Below are positions 10,255 through 19,392 of a stretch of DNA of 64,000 nucleotides, one piece after another. Position 1 is the stretch's first letter. Each line of letters starts with the position of its first letter. A model generated the notes under the pieces. The model worked only from the letters and a program-made list of their open reading frames with translations, was not told the origin of the DNA and did no database searches. The position numbers were made by a program, and so were the translations under genes. Origin of the DNA: an uncultured Acidobacteriota bacterium (lineage in GTDB: Bacteria > Acidobacteriota > Terriglobia > Acidiferrales > UBA7541); the NCBI GenBank assembly GCA_963824925.1, contig CAWGRE010000005.1:311619-375618 (forward strand), in the 5' to 3' direction.

Positions 10255-12596
10255 CTATAGCCGTTCTCTCCGCAACCGCAGCGCATTGCTAATCACGGAA
10301 ACCGAACTAAAACTCATCGCCGCACTGGCGATCATCGGGCTCAACAGCCAATGAAACACCGGAAAGAACACCCCGGCGGCAATGGGAATCCCCACCAGGT
10401 TATAAACGAAGGCGAACGCCAGATTCTGCTTGATGTTCTTCACCGTGGCCCGCGAAAGCCTCCGCGCCCTCACGATTCCACGCAGATCCCCCTTGACCAA
10501 AGTAATCCCCGCGTTCTCCATAGCAATGTCCGTTCCCGTGCCCATGGCAATTCCCACATCGGCCAATGCCAGTGCCGGCGCGTCATTGATCCCATCGCCA
10601 GCCATCGCCACCACGCGCCCTTCCTTTCGCAGGCGCTCCACCACCGCCGCCTTCTGATCCGGACGGACCTCCGCCTCAATCTCCGTCAGTCCCAATTGGT
10701 TCGCAATCATAGTTGCCGATTCGCGCCGATCGCCGGTCAGCATCACCAGCCGCAAGCCCTCCGCTCTTAACGCCTGAAGCGCTTCGGGAGTGGATTCCTT
10801 CAGCAAATCCGCAATCGCCAGCACCCCGACCAGTTTCTCTCCCACCGCGACGTAAACAGGAGTCACCGCTCCGGCGCGCTCCATGCCGAAATCCATTTTC
10901 AGGTTTTGCCCAAGCGGGCCGGTTTGTCTCCTTGATTCCCCTCTCTTCCAGGAATTTAATCGTACCAATCGCGACCCTGGTCTCCCCTGAAGAACCGCTT
11001 CGACTCCACCTCCAGGATCGCCCGAAATTCCGTAGCCACGGCCAATTCGCACTCCCTTCGCTTTGGCAGCTTCCAACGATCGCGCGCCCCAACGGATGCT
11101 CGCTCGCCTGTTCAACGCTGCCTGCAGATCCATAACAGCCCATCCTTCGAAAGGCCGCTTTCGGCCAATACGCCAACACTCGCCACCCGCGGTTTCCCTT
11201 CGGTCAGCGTTCCCGTCTTGTCCAGCACCAGCGTGTCTACGCGCGCAAGCGTTTCCAGCGCTTCCGCGTTGCGCACCAGCACTCCAGAGGTGGCTCCTTT
11301 CCCCACAGCCACCATGATGGACATGGGCGTCGCCAGCCCCAGCGCGCACGGGCACGCGATGATCAGCACGGAAACGGCCGCCACCAGTGCGTGCGCAAAC
11401 CGCGGCTCCGGTCCAAAAAGTGCCCAGCCTGCAAACGCCAGAATCGCTGCCGCCACCACTCCGGGCACGAAATAGCCCGCCACTTTATCCGCCAGCCTCT
11501 GCATCGGCGCGCGGCTGCGCTGTGCCTCGCTCACCAGCTTCACGATTCGCGCCAGCAGCGTCTCGCTACCAACGCGCTCCGCCACCATCACAAAACTTCC
11601 GCTGGAGTTCAGCGTTCCGCCGGTCACCTTGTCGCCCGTTTGCTTCTCCACGGGCAAAGGTTCGCCGGTAACCATGGACTCATCCACCGCGCTGGCGCCT
11701 TCGCGCACCATGCCATCCACCGGCACTCGTTCGCCCGGACGCACTCGCAGCAAGTCGCCTCGCTTGACTTGCTCCAGAGGCACATCGCGTTCACTGCCCG
11801 CTGCAACCACGTGGGCAATTTGCGGCGCCAGGTGCAACAGTTCGCGGATCGCGCCGCTGGTCCGCTGGCGCGCGCGCAATTCCAGCACCTGTCCCAGTGC
11901 CACCAGCGTGGTGATCACCGCTGCCGCTTCGAAATAAACAGAAACTTCGCCATGCATCCCGCGAAACGACGCGGGAAATACTTGCGGAAACAGCGTGGCG
12001 ACCACGCTGTAGAGATACGCCGCGCCAGTACCGAGCCCAATCAGCGTGAACATATTCGGACTGCGATTCACCAACGAGCGCCAGAAGCGCTGGAAAAATG
12101 GCCACCCGCACCACAACACCACCGGTGAAGCCAGCAGAAGCTCCACCCCATTTTTCACGCCGGGCGGCAGATGCAAGCCCAGTGCGCCGCCAAACATGGA
12201 GAGCACCAGGAGCGGCAAGGAGAGCGCAGTCCCTACCCACAACCGCTTGCGCATGGAATCGTATTCGGGATCGGCCTGCTCTTCGGCAACAATGTCCATC
12301 GGCTCCAACGCCATCCCGCAAATCGGGCACGTGCCCGGCCCGATCTGCACAATCTCCGGGTCCATTGGGCAGGTATATCGAATTCCCTTCGCCGGCGCCG
12401 CTGCTATAGCCACCAGTTTCGGTGCAGGCCGCTCCATCCCCGCCGTTCCCGGCGCCGCTAGAAATTTTCCCGGTTCGAGCGCAAACCGCTCTCCGCATCG
12501 CGCAGAGCAAAAGTAATAACTCTTTCCGCCATGTTCCACCTTCGCCCTGGCTTTTTCCGGATCCACACTCATCCCGCAAACCGGATCGCGTTCCAT
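10255..12596 (-). pseudogene. copA: Cu(+)-translocating P1B ATPase with N-terminal YHS and heavy-metal-binding domains; several frameshifts between about 10900 and 11140
   Basis: [57 protein letters not shown] and NLAFAFVYN are spread over three frames. Could be a sequence error rather than true decay. Confidence 0.8.
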
Positions 12597-12644
12597 ACTC
12601 GCTCCCTCTTCTTTTAACGGGCGCCGACCGTGGCGCGCGCCCAA

Positions 12645-12670
12645 TGTACTGGCCGACCTTCAGGTCGGCC
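12645..12670 (+). repeat. REP-like palindrome (TGTAC-tagged, TTCA loop)
   Basis: TGTACT-GGCCGACC-TTCA-GGTCGGCC, between csoR and copA. Confidence 0.7.
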
Positions 12671-12733
12671 TCCGCTCTTTACCCTTGTCGAGCCGGGCTA
12701 GCCCGGCCCTCTTTCCGTACGCCGACGCCACCC

Positions 12734-13039
12734 TCACCGCAAATGCTTGTAAATCAACTCCAACAATTCGTCATACATCTCCGCCGCCTGTTTCGGCTTC
12801 CCCCCGGCAATCGCCTTCGTCGCGCAATGCTGCAAATGATTTTTCATCAAGTTCCGCCCCACGCCGCGCAAAGCCTCCTGCACCGCCGCCATCTGCACCA
12901 GAATATCCGCGCAGTAGCGGTCCTCCTCCACCATCTTCTGCAATCCGCGGATCTGCCCCTCAATCCGCCGCAGCCGGTTAAGGTTCGCCGCCTTCAACGC
13001 CGCGTCCACGCCAGCCGCCTTCCGCAATCGTGTCTTCAT
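12734..13039 (-). CDS. csoR: CsoR/RcnR-family metal-sensing repressor
   Basis: RLRRIEGQIRGLQKM, DRYCADIL..Q and HLQHC (Cys/His-x3-Cys copper site). Immediately upstream of copA. Confidence 0.92.
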   Translation of the reverse strand: MKTRLRKAAGVDAALKAANLNRLRRIEGQIRGLQKMVEEDRYCADILVQMAAVQEALRGVGRNLMKNHLQHCATKAIAGGKPKQAAEMYDELLELIYKHLR

Positions 13040-13044
13040 TCCAG

Positions 13045-13090
13045 ATACCCCATGAGGGTATATATACCCCCATGCCCTATGCCGTGTCAA
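13045..13090 (-). promoter_or_regulatory. CsoR operator(s) overlapping the csoR-copA promoter
   Basis: Inverted repeat ATACCC-CATGA-GGGTAT at 13045-13061, a second partial copy ATACCCCCATGCCCTAT at 13064-13080, and TTGACA on the minus strand at 13085-13090. Matches the G/C-tract-flanked CsoR operator pattern. Confidence 0.75.
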
Positions 13091-13209
13091 TTCTCGGAAA
13101 CCTCCGCCAGATCCAAACTCCACTTCCATTTCTATTCAAGATTTCCCCGCTTCGAGCGCTCGATTTCCCGCTCGTCACTCGTCACTCGCCACTTCTCCAT
13201 TCCCACTGC

Positions 13210-13215
13210 TATAAT
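13210..13215 (+). promoter_or_regulatory. -10 element of a probable leaderless transcript
   Basis: TATAAT lies 7 nt before the ATG at 13223, with no Shine-Dalgarno sequence. Confidence 0.6.
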
Positions 13216-13222
13216 TCCCCGC

Positions 13223-13495
13223 ATGACACTCCTCGAAATCACCTACGAGCTCCATTCGACGCTCAGCCACGAACAACTCCAGCGCCTCGGCGAATTCGCC
13301 AACCTCTACGGACTTCGCCGCTTTCACGTCGACGATTCCGGCAAGACTCTGACCTTTGAATACGACGCCTCACGCCTGCGCGAAACACAAGTCGCCCACG
13401 CCCTCGGCCAGGCTGGCATTCCGATCATCCAACGGCAAGGTTCGGCAACATCGACCGATCCTTTGCCGGTCGAAAAAGCCTCACTGCCTCGCTAG
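13223..13495 (+). CDS. Small conserved hypothetical protein, possible HMA/ferredoxin-like fold
   Basis: MTLLEITYEL...YGLRRFHVDDSGKTLTFEYDASRLRETQVAHALGQAG has a beta-alpha-beta-beta-alpha pattern. Divergent from csoR. Confidence 0.65.
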   Translation: MTLLEITYELHSTLSHEQLQRLGEFANLYGLRRFHVDDSGKTLTFEYDASRLRETQVAHALGQAGIPIIQRQGSATSTDPLPVEKASLPR

Positions 13496-13585
13496 TTTCA
13501 ATTCGTAACTGGAATTTTTGTGGTCCGAAAATAGAGCAGGAAAAAAGTAGCGGCCAAACCTAAAAATTGAGCGCTCGCGAACTCC

Positions 13586-13612
13586 TGTAGTGGCCGAACT
13601 TCAGATCGGCCA
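13586..13612 (+). repeat. GTAG REP copy
   Basis: TGTAGTGGCCGAACTTCAGATCGGCCA, the exact reverse complement of 46620-46646. Confidence 0.85.
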
Positions 13613-13647
13613 GGCGTTATCCGGGAACTAAGACCGAATCTCCGCTC

Positions 13648-13684
13648 AAAAAAAGTGGGGCCCCCGCTTGGGATCGGGAGCCCC
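13648..13684 (-). terminator. Intrinsic terminator
   Basis: Minus strand GGGGCTCCCG-ATCCCAAG-CGGGGGCCCC (10-bp stem, one G-U pair), followed by AC and 7 T. Confidence 0.7.
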
Positions 13685-13850
13685 GGAAGGCGCATCTCAG
13701 ATGCCAGTGTCGTTTTCACACCGGCGCGTGGGGTCATCCATCCTAGCTTCCCTCTCAGAGGCAGGTGGTAACGATTCGCCAATCCGGCAAGTAAGCCCCT
13801 TCCCCCTCACTTGCTAAACTGTGCGCCTCGTTTCTGAAACGCGCCCACGC
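13648..13850 (-). ncRNA. Candidate ~200-nt structured small RNA (or mini-ORF mRNA)
   Basis: Bounded by a sigma54-type promoter and a terminator; contains four or five hairpins and no convincing long ORF. Confidence 0.35.
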
Positions 13851-13860
13851 TTCCCTCTAA

Positions 13861-13876
13861 TGCAAGAGTGACGCCA
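13861..13876 (-). promoter_or_regulatory. sigma54 (RpoN)-type -24/-12 promoter
   Basis: Minus strand TGGCGTCACTCTTGCA fits TGGC-N7-TTGCW, with an AT-rich tract about 25-45 nt upstream. Confidence 0.5.
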
Positions 13877-14108
13877 AGCCTGCCCGGGCAAGGAATTCTC
13901 ATAAACTATTCATAAAGTTAGAGTTAGCTGCTCCTTACCGAGACACTCCCAGTCCCATTATCGTCCTCCAGATTCATTACGGAACTCCGCTTCGACTCGC
14001 TCGCCAGTTTCTCTTTCTTCTCCATTTCGTACCATGACCCGGGTAACAAAACTCCCAGTAAGGCTGCGCTATCGGTTTTTTTCTGTTTCCGTTTGAAACT
14101 ACTCCCGT

Positions 14109-14432
14109 ATGACCTCCCCATTCTTTCGCCGTCTTCGCCGACTCGCCATCTGGGCCACGCTGGATCTCGCGCTCTTCACCGGCGCACTGGCCTTTTCCAC
14201 TTTCGCCGACACCTCCGGACAGCTTCGCAAGCCAACGGTTACTGGCTGCTATTGCCATTGCGCGGGATCGAAAACCTCCGCGGGCTGCACCAAAATGTGT
14301 GAATTGCCGAAGTATGCTTCCCGATGGTGGGCTGTGAGCTGCGCCAAGCCACGCGCGCAGGCTCCCGCGGAAACTCCCGGCGCCGGTCCCCATTACCCGC
14401 ACACTCCCCGCGCCGAACGCGCCAGCAACTAG
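14109..14432 (+). CDS. Small Cys-rich exported/membrane-anchored hypothetical protein
   Basis: Basic N-terminus plus hydrophobic segment, then GCYCHC..GCTKMC..SC (6 Cys) and a Pro-rich tail. Confidence 0.6.
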   Translation: MTSPFFRRLRRLAIWATLDLALFTGALAFSTFADTSGQLRKPTVTGCYCHCAGSKTSAGCTKMCELPKYASRWWAVSCAKPRAQAPAETPGAGPHYPHTPRAERASN

Positions 14433-14484
14433 TCCCCGTTGTGTTCACGCCAATCTCTTCATCGACCCATTCATAAAGCTAGCT

Positions 14485-14553
14485 TGTCATCTTGAGGGGT
14501 GCTTGCCCTGAGCGTACTTCGTGAAGGGCGCCGTCTGCACCCCGAAAGACCTC
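14485..14553 (+). repeat. TGTC-tagged palindromic repeat with nested CCCTGAG..GAAGGG hairpin
   Basis: TGTCATCTTGAGGGGTGC...GCACCCCGAAAGACCTC; a related copy lies at 54977-55036 on the minus strand. Confidence 0.65.
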
Positions 14554-14609
14554 AACGTAAGAACCTTGCAACCCTGTTCCGAGGCGGCGATGGCACCGAA
14601 CAATCCCCA

Positions 14610-15757
14610 CTAATCCGGCCGGGGTGTCTCTCCCAAAAGCCGCGCAAAAATCTCCGGCACCTCAAAAACCGCCCGATTCTCCAGGCGTTCCACATTCCCC
14701 CGAAACTCCGCCAAAGCGCCAGGCGCCAGCATCTGCTGCACTCCGCCAACGATCTCATCAAAATTGTTCAGCACGATTCCGACTTGTTTTTCCTTCACCC
14801 ACTCGTGTTGTAGCGCTCCTGCGGCAGCGTCCACGCATTGCATTCCAGAATCACGGGTAGCTTTCGCATCATCGCTTCCGCAACGCTTCCGGGGCCGGGT
14901 TTTCCAACCAGAAAATCAGCCGCCCGCATCAAGCGATGCACTTCCTTCGTAAAGCCCACCACGTGCAGTGGAATATTCCAAGTTCGCGCCCGCAGCGCCG
15001 CCGCCAGCTTTTCGTTCCGCCCGCAGATGACGATCAATTGCAGCGGCAATTTCGCGGCGTCCAGTTTCTCCACAATCCGCAACATCACATTCGATCCGAA
15101 ACCACCGAATAGCAGCATGCCAGTGGTCAGATCGCCGCGGAGTCCCAACTCGCCGCGCAGCGCCACCGGGTCCACATTTTCCGGCACATAAAAATCCGGC
15201 CGCAGGATCATCCCCGAAGTTTGAAAAATATGCGCATCATCTTTCCCGATCGCTCGCGCCTGCTCCACCGCCTTCTCGGAACCGCAGATCACATATTGAT
15301 TCTCCACCGGCTCAATCCAGAAATGCGGCGGGAAATCCGCAATGTCCGTGATTAACGTGACAAACGGCTTTTCCGGATGCACCCGTTTCCATGCTTCCGC
15401 AATTTCGCGATTGAAGTGGGGAATCACCGTCACCAGCAGGTCCGCACTACTCGTTCGGAAATACTTCTCCAGCAATGTCACCAGCGGCCCGTGAAACAGC
15501 CAGATCGTCGCCTGCAGCACGCGCAGCAACTGCGTCGCTCCGAGTGTCCAGCCATTCCGCAGCATCGTGTTGTATTGTTCCTGGATACGAATGCCAGTGA
15601 GCCGCCGCAAAACGTCCAGATGGTCCGTAAGCTCCTGAAACTGGACAAGTTCCACTTCCCAGCCACGGTTTTGCTGGGAAATCACCGATTGCAGGGCCAC
15701 GGCGGCGTTGCGGTGCCCCCCGCCAGCGTCGTGAAAAAGGACCTGAATTTTCTTCAT
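14610..15757 (-). CDS. MGDG synthase/UgtP-like diacylglycerol glycosyltransferase (GT28); one frameshift near 14805
   Basis: DAGGGHRNAA, TDIADFPPHFW and ADFLVGKPGPGSVAE. AWTLPQERYN continues as EWVKEKQVG in the next frame. Confidence 0.8.
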
Positions 15758-15847
15758 CGGGGCAGCATTGTTCCACACCAATGTGAACGTTCTGCTAAGG
15801 TTTGCGGGCACGCTACATGCCATGTGGAAAACGTTTAAAGTCGTTTG

Positions 15848-15909
15848 TGTTCAATCAGTTCCATCATAATTTTCATCGGTAATTCGCCCCTGTTTTATGC
15901 CCTGTTCAT
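15848..15909 (+). promoter_or_regulatory. 11-bp-periodic direct repeats (PhoB/OmpR-like operator) upstream of the PHP gene
   Basis: TTCA at 15850, TTCA at 15872, TTCG at 15883, TTTA at 15894 and TTCA at 15905. The last repeat (CTGTTCAT) sits at the -35 position relative to TAACCT at 15920-15925. Confidence 0.45.
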
Positions 15910-15931
15910 ATCCCGCATCTAACCTAATCGC

Positions 15932-16816
15932 ATGCGTTGCGACCTTCATGTTCATTCGACTGCTTCTGGGATGTGCGACACCCCGGGATTGAGCCGGATC
16001 TGCAAGGAGTCCTACAACGACCCCGCCGAGGTCTACCACCGCTGCAAACGCTTCGGCATGTCCATGGTCACACTGACCGACCATGATTCCATTGACGCCG
16101 CGGAAGTGCTCCGCAAATACTCCGACTTCTTCCTCAGCGAAGAGGCGACTGTGAAGTTGCCTACGGGCACTTTGCTGCACCTTGGCGTTTATGGAATCGC
16201 GGAAAAGGATCACGTCGAAATTCAGCGCCGCCGTAGCGATTTTGTCGCGCTGCTGATGTATCTCACCGAGCGCAAACTTTTCTTCAGCGCCAACCATCTT
16301 TTTTCCAGCCTTACCGGCCGCCGCGATGCGGAAGACTTCGATTGGTTCGCCTCCTACGTACCGGCCTACGAAGTGCGCAACGGCCAGATGTGGAAGGGCG
16401 CAAATCAGCAGGCGCAGCAGATGGCCAGCAAACTGGGGAAGGCGGGAGTTGCCGGCAGCGATTCCCACACGCTCGCTGGCGTCGCGCAGACCTTCACGGA
16501 AGTCCCCGGAGCGCGCACGGTTGAAGAATATTTCGCGGGCTTGCGCACTGGCCGGGGCGTTATCCACGGCCAGGACGGCAGCTTCCTGAAAATCACGCTC
16601 GATATATTCAGCTTTGTGGGCAGCGTGTTGAAGGATAGACCAGCGGCCGCTGCCTTGCTTCCCATGACAATTTTTATTCCCGCAGTCACCGGATTCCACT
16701 GGTTGAACGAAATCCGTTTCTGCCGGCAGTGGACTTCACGGCTGCAGGGGAAAAAGCAGGCTCCCCGCATGCTTTGGGACGTCGACTCGAGAGTCCAGGC
16801 CAACTGGGCAAGTTGA
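15932..16816 (+). CDS. PHP-domain metal-dependent phosphoesterase
   Basis: CDLHVHS, TLTDHDSID, SEE, LHLG, ANHLF, EVRNG and AGSDSH. Confidence 0.85.
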   Translation: MRCDLHVHSTASGMCDTPGLSRICKESYNDPAEVYHRCKRFGMSMVTLTDHDSIDAAEVLRKYSDFFLSEEATVKLPTGTLLHLGVYGIAEKDHVEIQRRRSDFVALLMYLTERKLFFSANHLFSSLTGRRDAEDFDWFASYVPAYEVRNGQMWKGANQQAQQMASKLGKAGVAGSDSHTLAGVAQTFTEVPGARTVEEYFAGLRTGRGVIHGQDGSFLKITLDIFSFVGSVLKDRPAAAALLPMTIFIPAVTGFHWLNEIRFCRQWTSRLQGKKQAPRMLWDVDSRVQANWAS

Positions 16817-16825
16817 GGTGCGGCC

Positions 16826-17377
16826 ATGGCATTAGCGAAAACCGTCTGGGGACACATCCAAAAGCGGGACCACCGCGTGATGCGCCGCGTCAATCGCTGG
16901 AAGGCGCCGCGCTGGATCCGCTACTGGATGATCGCGGCCACGCGCATCGGCGATGGCTGGCTCTGGTATAGCCTGGCAGGAATGTTGCTTCTCTTTGGCG
17001 GGCCGGCGCGTTTCGCGGCGGTCTGCGCGGCAGGTTCCGCGGCCATCGTGGGAGTCTTCGTATTCAAGGCCCTGAAGAAAATCAGCCACCGCCAGCGGCC
17101 CTGCCACCTGGAGCCGCATTGCTGGTCCCGGGTGCTGCCGCCAGACCAGTTTTCCTTCCCCTCGGGCCACACGATGACGGCGTTCGCCATTGCGCTGGTG
17201 CTCAGCTACTACTATCCGGGCTTGGAAGGCGCGCTTTATTTTCTGGCGGCGAGCATCGCCGTCTCTCGCGTTCTGCTCGGCATGCACTTCCTCAGCGACG
17301 TTTTGGCCGGCGCGGTTCTCGGCTCTGGCCTGGGCGTGGCCTCCATCGTGGTTTTCGCTTCCTACGGCTTAGCCTGA
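16826..17377 (+). CDS. PAP2-family membrane phosphatase
   Basis: KKISHRQRP (C1), FSFPSGH (C2) and SRVLLGMHFLSDV (C3). Confidence 0.9.
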   Translation: MALAKTVWGHIQKRDHRVMRRVNRWKAPRWIRYWMIAATRIGDGWLWYSLAGMLLLFGGPARFAAVCAAGSAAIVGVFVFKALKKISHRQRPCHLEPHCWSRVLPPDQFSFPSGHTMTAFAIALVLSYYYPGLEGALYFLAASIAVSRVLLGMHFLSDVLAGAVLGSGLGVASIVVFASYGLA

Positions 17378-17391
17378 CGCGAAATCGCGTC

Positions 17392-18393
17392 TCAGAAAAC
17401 CGGCTTGGGGTGCTCCGCAAGCGCTTTGCGGAAGGTCGCCAGATTCGACGCATCAATCACTGCCGTCCCAGTGTCCACAAACGTCGGCAACGGAGCCGCC
17501 GGCGCCGTCGCCCAGTCTTTAAACTCGTGCACCACGTTATGGTGCAAGTCGTCCAGGAACCGGACTCCGTAAAACGCCATCACATACGGCTTCTGCGCGA
17601 TCGTCGCGGTGATCCACCCGCGCTCAATGGCATCCAGCGTCGCAGGCTCCTTGTCGAACGCCACGATCTTAATCTTGCCGGTCAGATCCAGCAGGTGCAG
17701 CGCATCCGCCGCCCCCTGCCCGCCAGACGCCTCCAGCGCGATGATTCCATCGATCTTGGTTTTTTTCTTCTGCAGAAGTTCCGTGACGGCGTCATCGGCA
17801 TTCCGTGGGTCGCCTTTATCGTCAATCGTCTCCACAATCTTGATTCCCGGATATTTCTTCAACACATCCTCCACGCCGCGCCTACGCTCTTCCGTGTTCA
17901 ATTGATTCGGCAGGGTGATCAGCGCCACGTTACCCGTGCCGCCGAGAACTTTGGCCATGATCTTCCCGCTTTCCTGCCCGGCGCGGAAATTGTCGGTGCC
18001 GATAAAAAGTACCCGGCGCGAATCCGGCGAGTCCGCGTCCATGCAGATTACGGGAATCCCTTGCAGCACGGCCTTATCGATAGACTCCTTGAATAACGCC
18101 GCATCGCTGGCGGAAACAAGGATCCCGGCGGGGTGTTGCGCCACCACCTGGTCAAACGTCTTCAGCTCTTCACTCGGGGAAAAAGTGTTTGGCCCCTCCA
18201 TGGAAACCTTCACGCCCGTGGTTTTGGCAATGTCCGCCAAGCCCGCTTGCGCATCCTGCCAGTACGGCAAATTTTCGTTCGCCACCACCAGCACGTAGCG
18301 TTCATCCGGCTGGTGGTACGGCTTTTCGCAGGCGACAACCGACATCGCCATCGCGGCAACGCTCAATCCAAAAATGTAGCTGGGGATTTTCAT
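17392..18393 (-). CDS. Sugar-binding periplasmic lipoprotein (RbsB/LacI-type SBP)
   Basis: Lipobox-like VVAC, PYWQ, IGTDNFRAG, IVAFD and IAQKPYVMAF. Confidence 0.85.
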   Translation of the reverse strand: MKIPSYIFGLSVAAMAMSVVACEKPYHQPDERYVLVVANENLPYWQDAQAGLADIAKTTGVKVSMEGPNTFSPSEELKTFDQVVAQHPAGILVSASDAALFKESIDKAVLQGIPVICMDADSPDSRRVLFIGTDNFRAGQESGKIMAKVLGGTGNVALITLPNQLNTEERRRGVEDVLKKYPGIKIVETIDDKGDPRNADDAVTELLQKKKTKIDGIIALEASGGQGAADALHLLDLTGKIKIVAFDKEPATLDAIERGWITATIAQKPYVMAFYGVRFLDDLHHNVVHEFKDWATAPAAPLPTFVDTGTAVIDASNLATFRKALAEHPKPVF

Positions 18394-18542
18394 ACTCGGT
18401 CTCCTTTTCCAGATCCGCCCCTGAGCGACTCGCGGTGGGGTGAGACGCGCGACAACGGGAGCAGCCTAGCATAACCAGCGTGCCATGGGGATATCTCGAC
18501 GCTAGTTGCCGCCATCCAGGTCCCATGCGCTAAACTAGAACC

Positions 18543-19385
18543 ATGCAATTTCCCGAACTTGTGCGGCGACGTGCCCGCATTGCACTCGGTTGCTTGCTCC
18601 TCGCCGCCAGTCCCTTACTCTCGCAGGAAAAGCCTGACACTCCGTCAAGCCCGGCGCCAAGTGCACAGACCGCGCCCGTTTCGTGTTGCTCTGACATCGG
18701 CCGCAGCATTTCTCTGCGCGAATTGCCCGGGAATTTACTCGCCGATCAGAAAGATATCTGGCTTTTCCCGGTTAAAATCGCCCACGGAAAGCACATCTGG
18801 CCCACTGTCGGAGTTCTCGGCATAACCGCCGCGCTTCTCGCCACCGATGCGCATTCGGCTCCGCCGTTCCGGAATACCAATAATTTCAGCGGCTTCAATC
18901 GCGCATTCAGCAGCACCAACACCGCCATCTTCATGGCCGCAGTCCCCGCTGCCATGTACGGCATCGGCTTCTATCGCAAGGATTCCTATGCGCAGGGGAC
19001 CGCGCTGCTTGCGGGAGAGGCAGTCGCTGACGGATTTCTTCTCAGTATCCCCATGAAAGCCATCGCTGGGCGGAGCCAGCCGCTCGACTACACCGGCAAC
19101 GGCCCGTACACAGACAGCTTCTTCAATGGCAGCCACAATCCGTTTCATTCCGGCGGTTTTTATTCCGATCACGCCATGGCCGCCATGGCCATCGCCACCG
19201 TGATTGCCCGCCGCTATCGCTCGCACCGCTGGGTCCCGTTTGTCGCCTACGGGCTGGCCGGAGCCATCTCTTTCTCCCGCATCACTCGCAGCGACCACTT
19301 CCCTTCCGACGTTTTCTTTGGGGGCGCGATGGGCTTCGTCATCGCGCGCTACGCCGTTTTGCCGCAGCGGCCATCGTCTGACTGA
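18543..19385 (+). CDS. PAP2-family protein with signal peptide
   Basis: KAIAGRSQP, GFYSDHAMAA and SRITRSDHFPSDVFFG. Confidence 0.75.
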   Translation: MQFPELVRRRARIALGCLLLAASPLLSQEKPDTPSSPAPSAQTAPVSCCSDIGRSISLRELPGNLLADQKDIWLFPVKIAHGKHIWPTVGVLGITAALLATDAHSAPPFRNTNNFSGFNRAFSSTNTAIFMAAVPAAMYGIGFYRKDSYAQGTALLAGEAVADGFLLSIPMKAIAGRSQPLDYTGNGPYTDSFFNGSHNPFHSGGFYSDHAMAAMAIATVIARRYRSHRWVPFVAYGLAGAISFSRITRSDHFPSDVFFGGAMGFVIARYAVLPQRPSSD

Positions 19386-19392
19386 ACCGGCG

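Noticed and set aside
12422-13222. 357-aa plus-strand ORF 12422-13495
   Set aside because: The upstream part is antisense to copA and csoR; only the last 90 codons, after TATAAT, look like a real protein.
13498-13782. 94-aa minus-strand ORF
   Set aside because: It runs through a strong terminator and a REP, has no recognisable motif and has an atypical composition.
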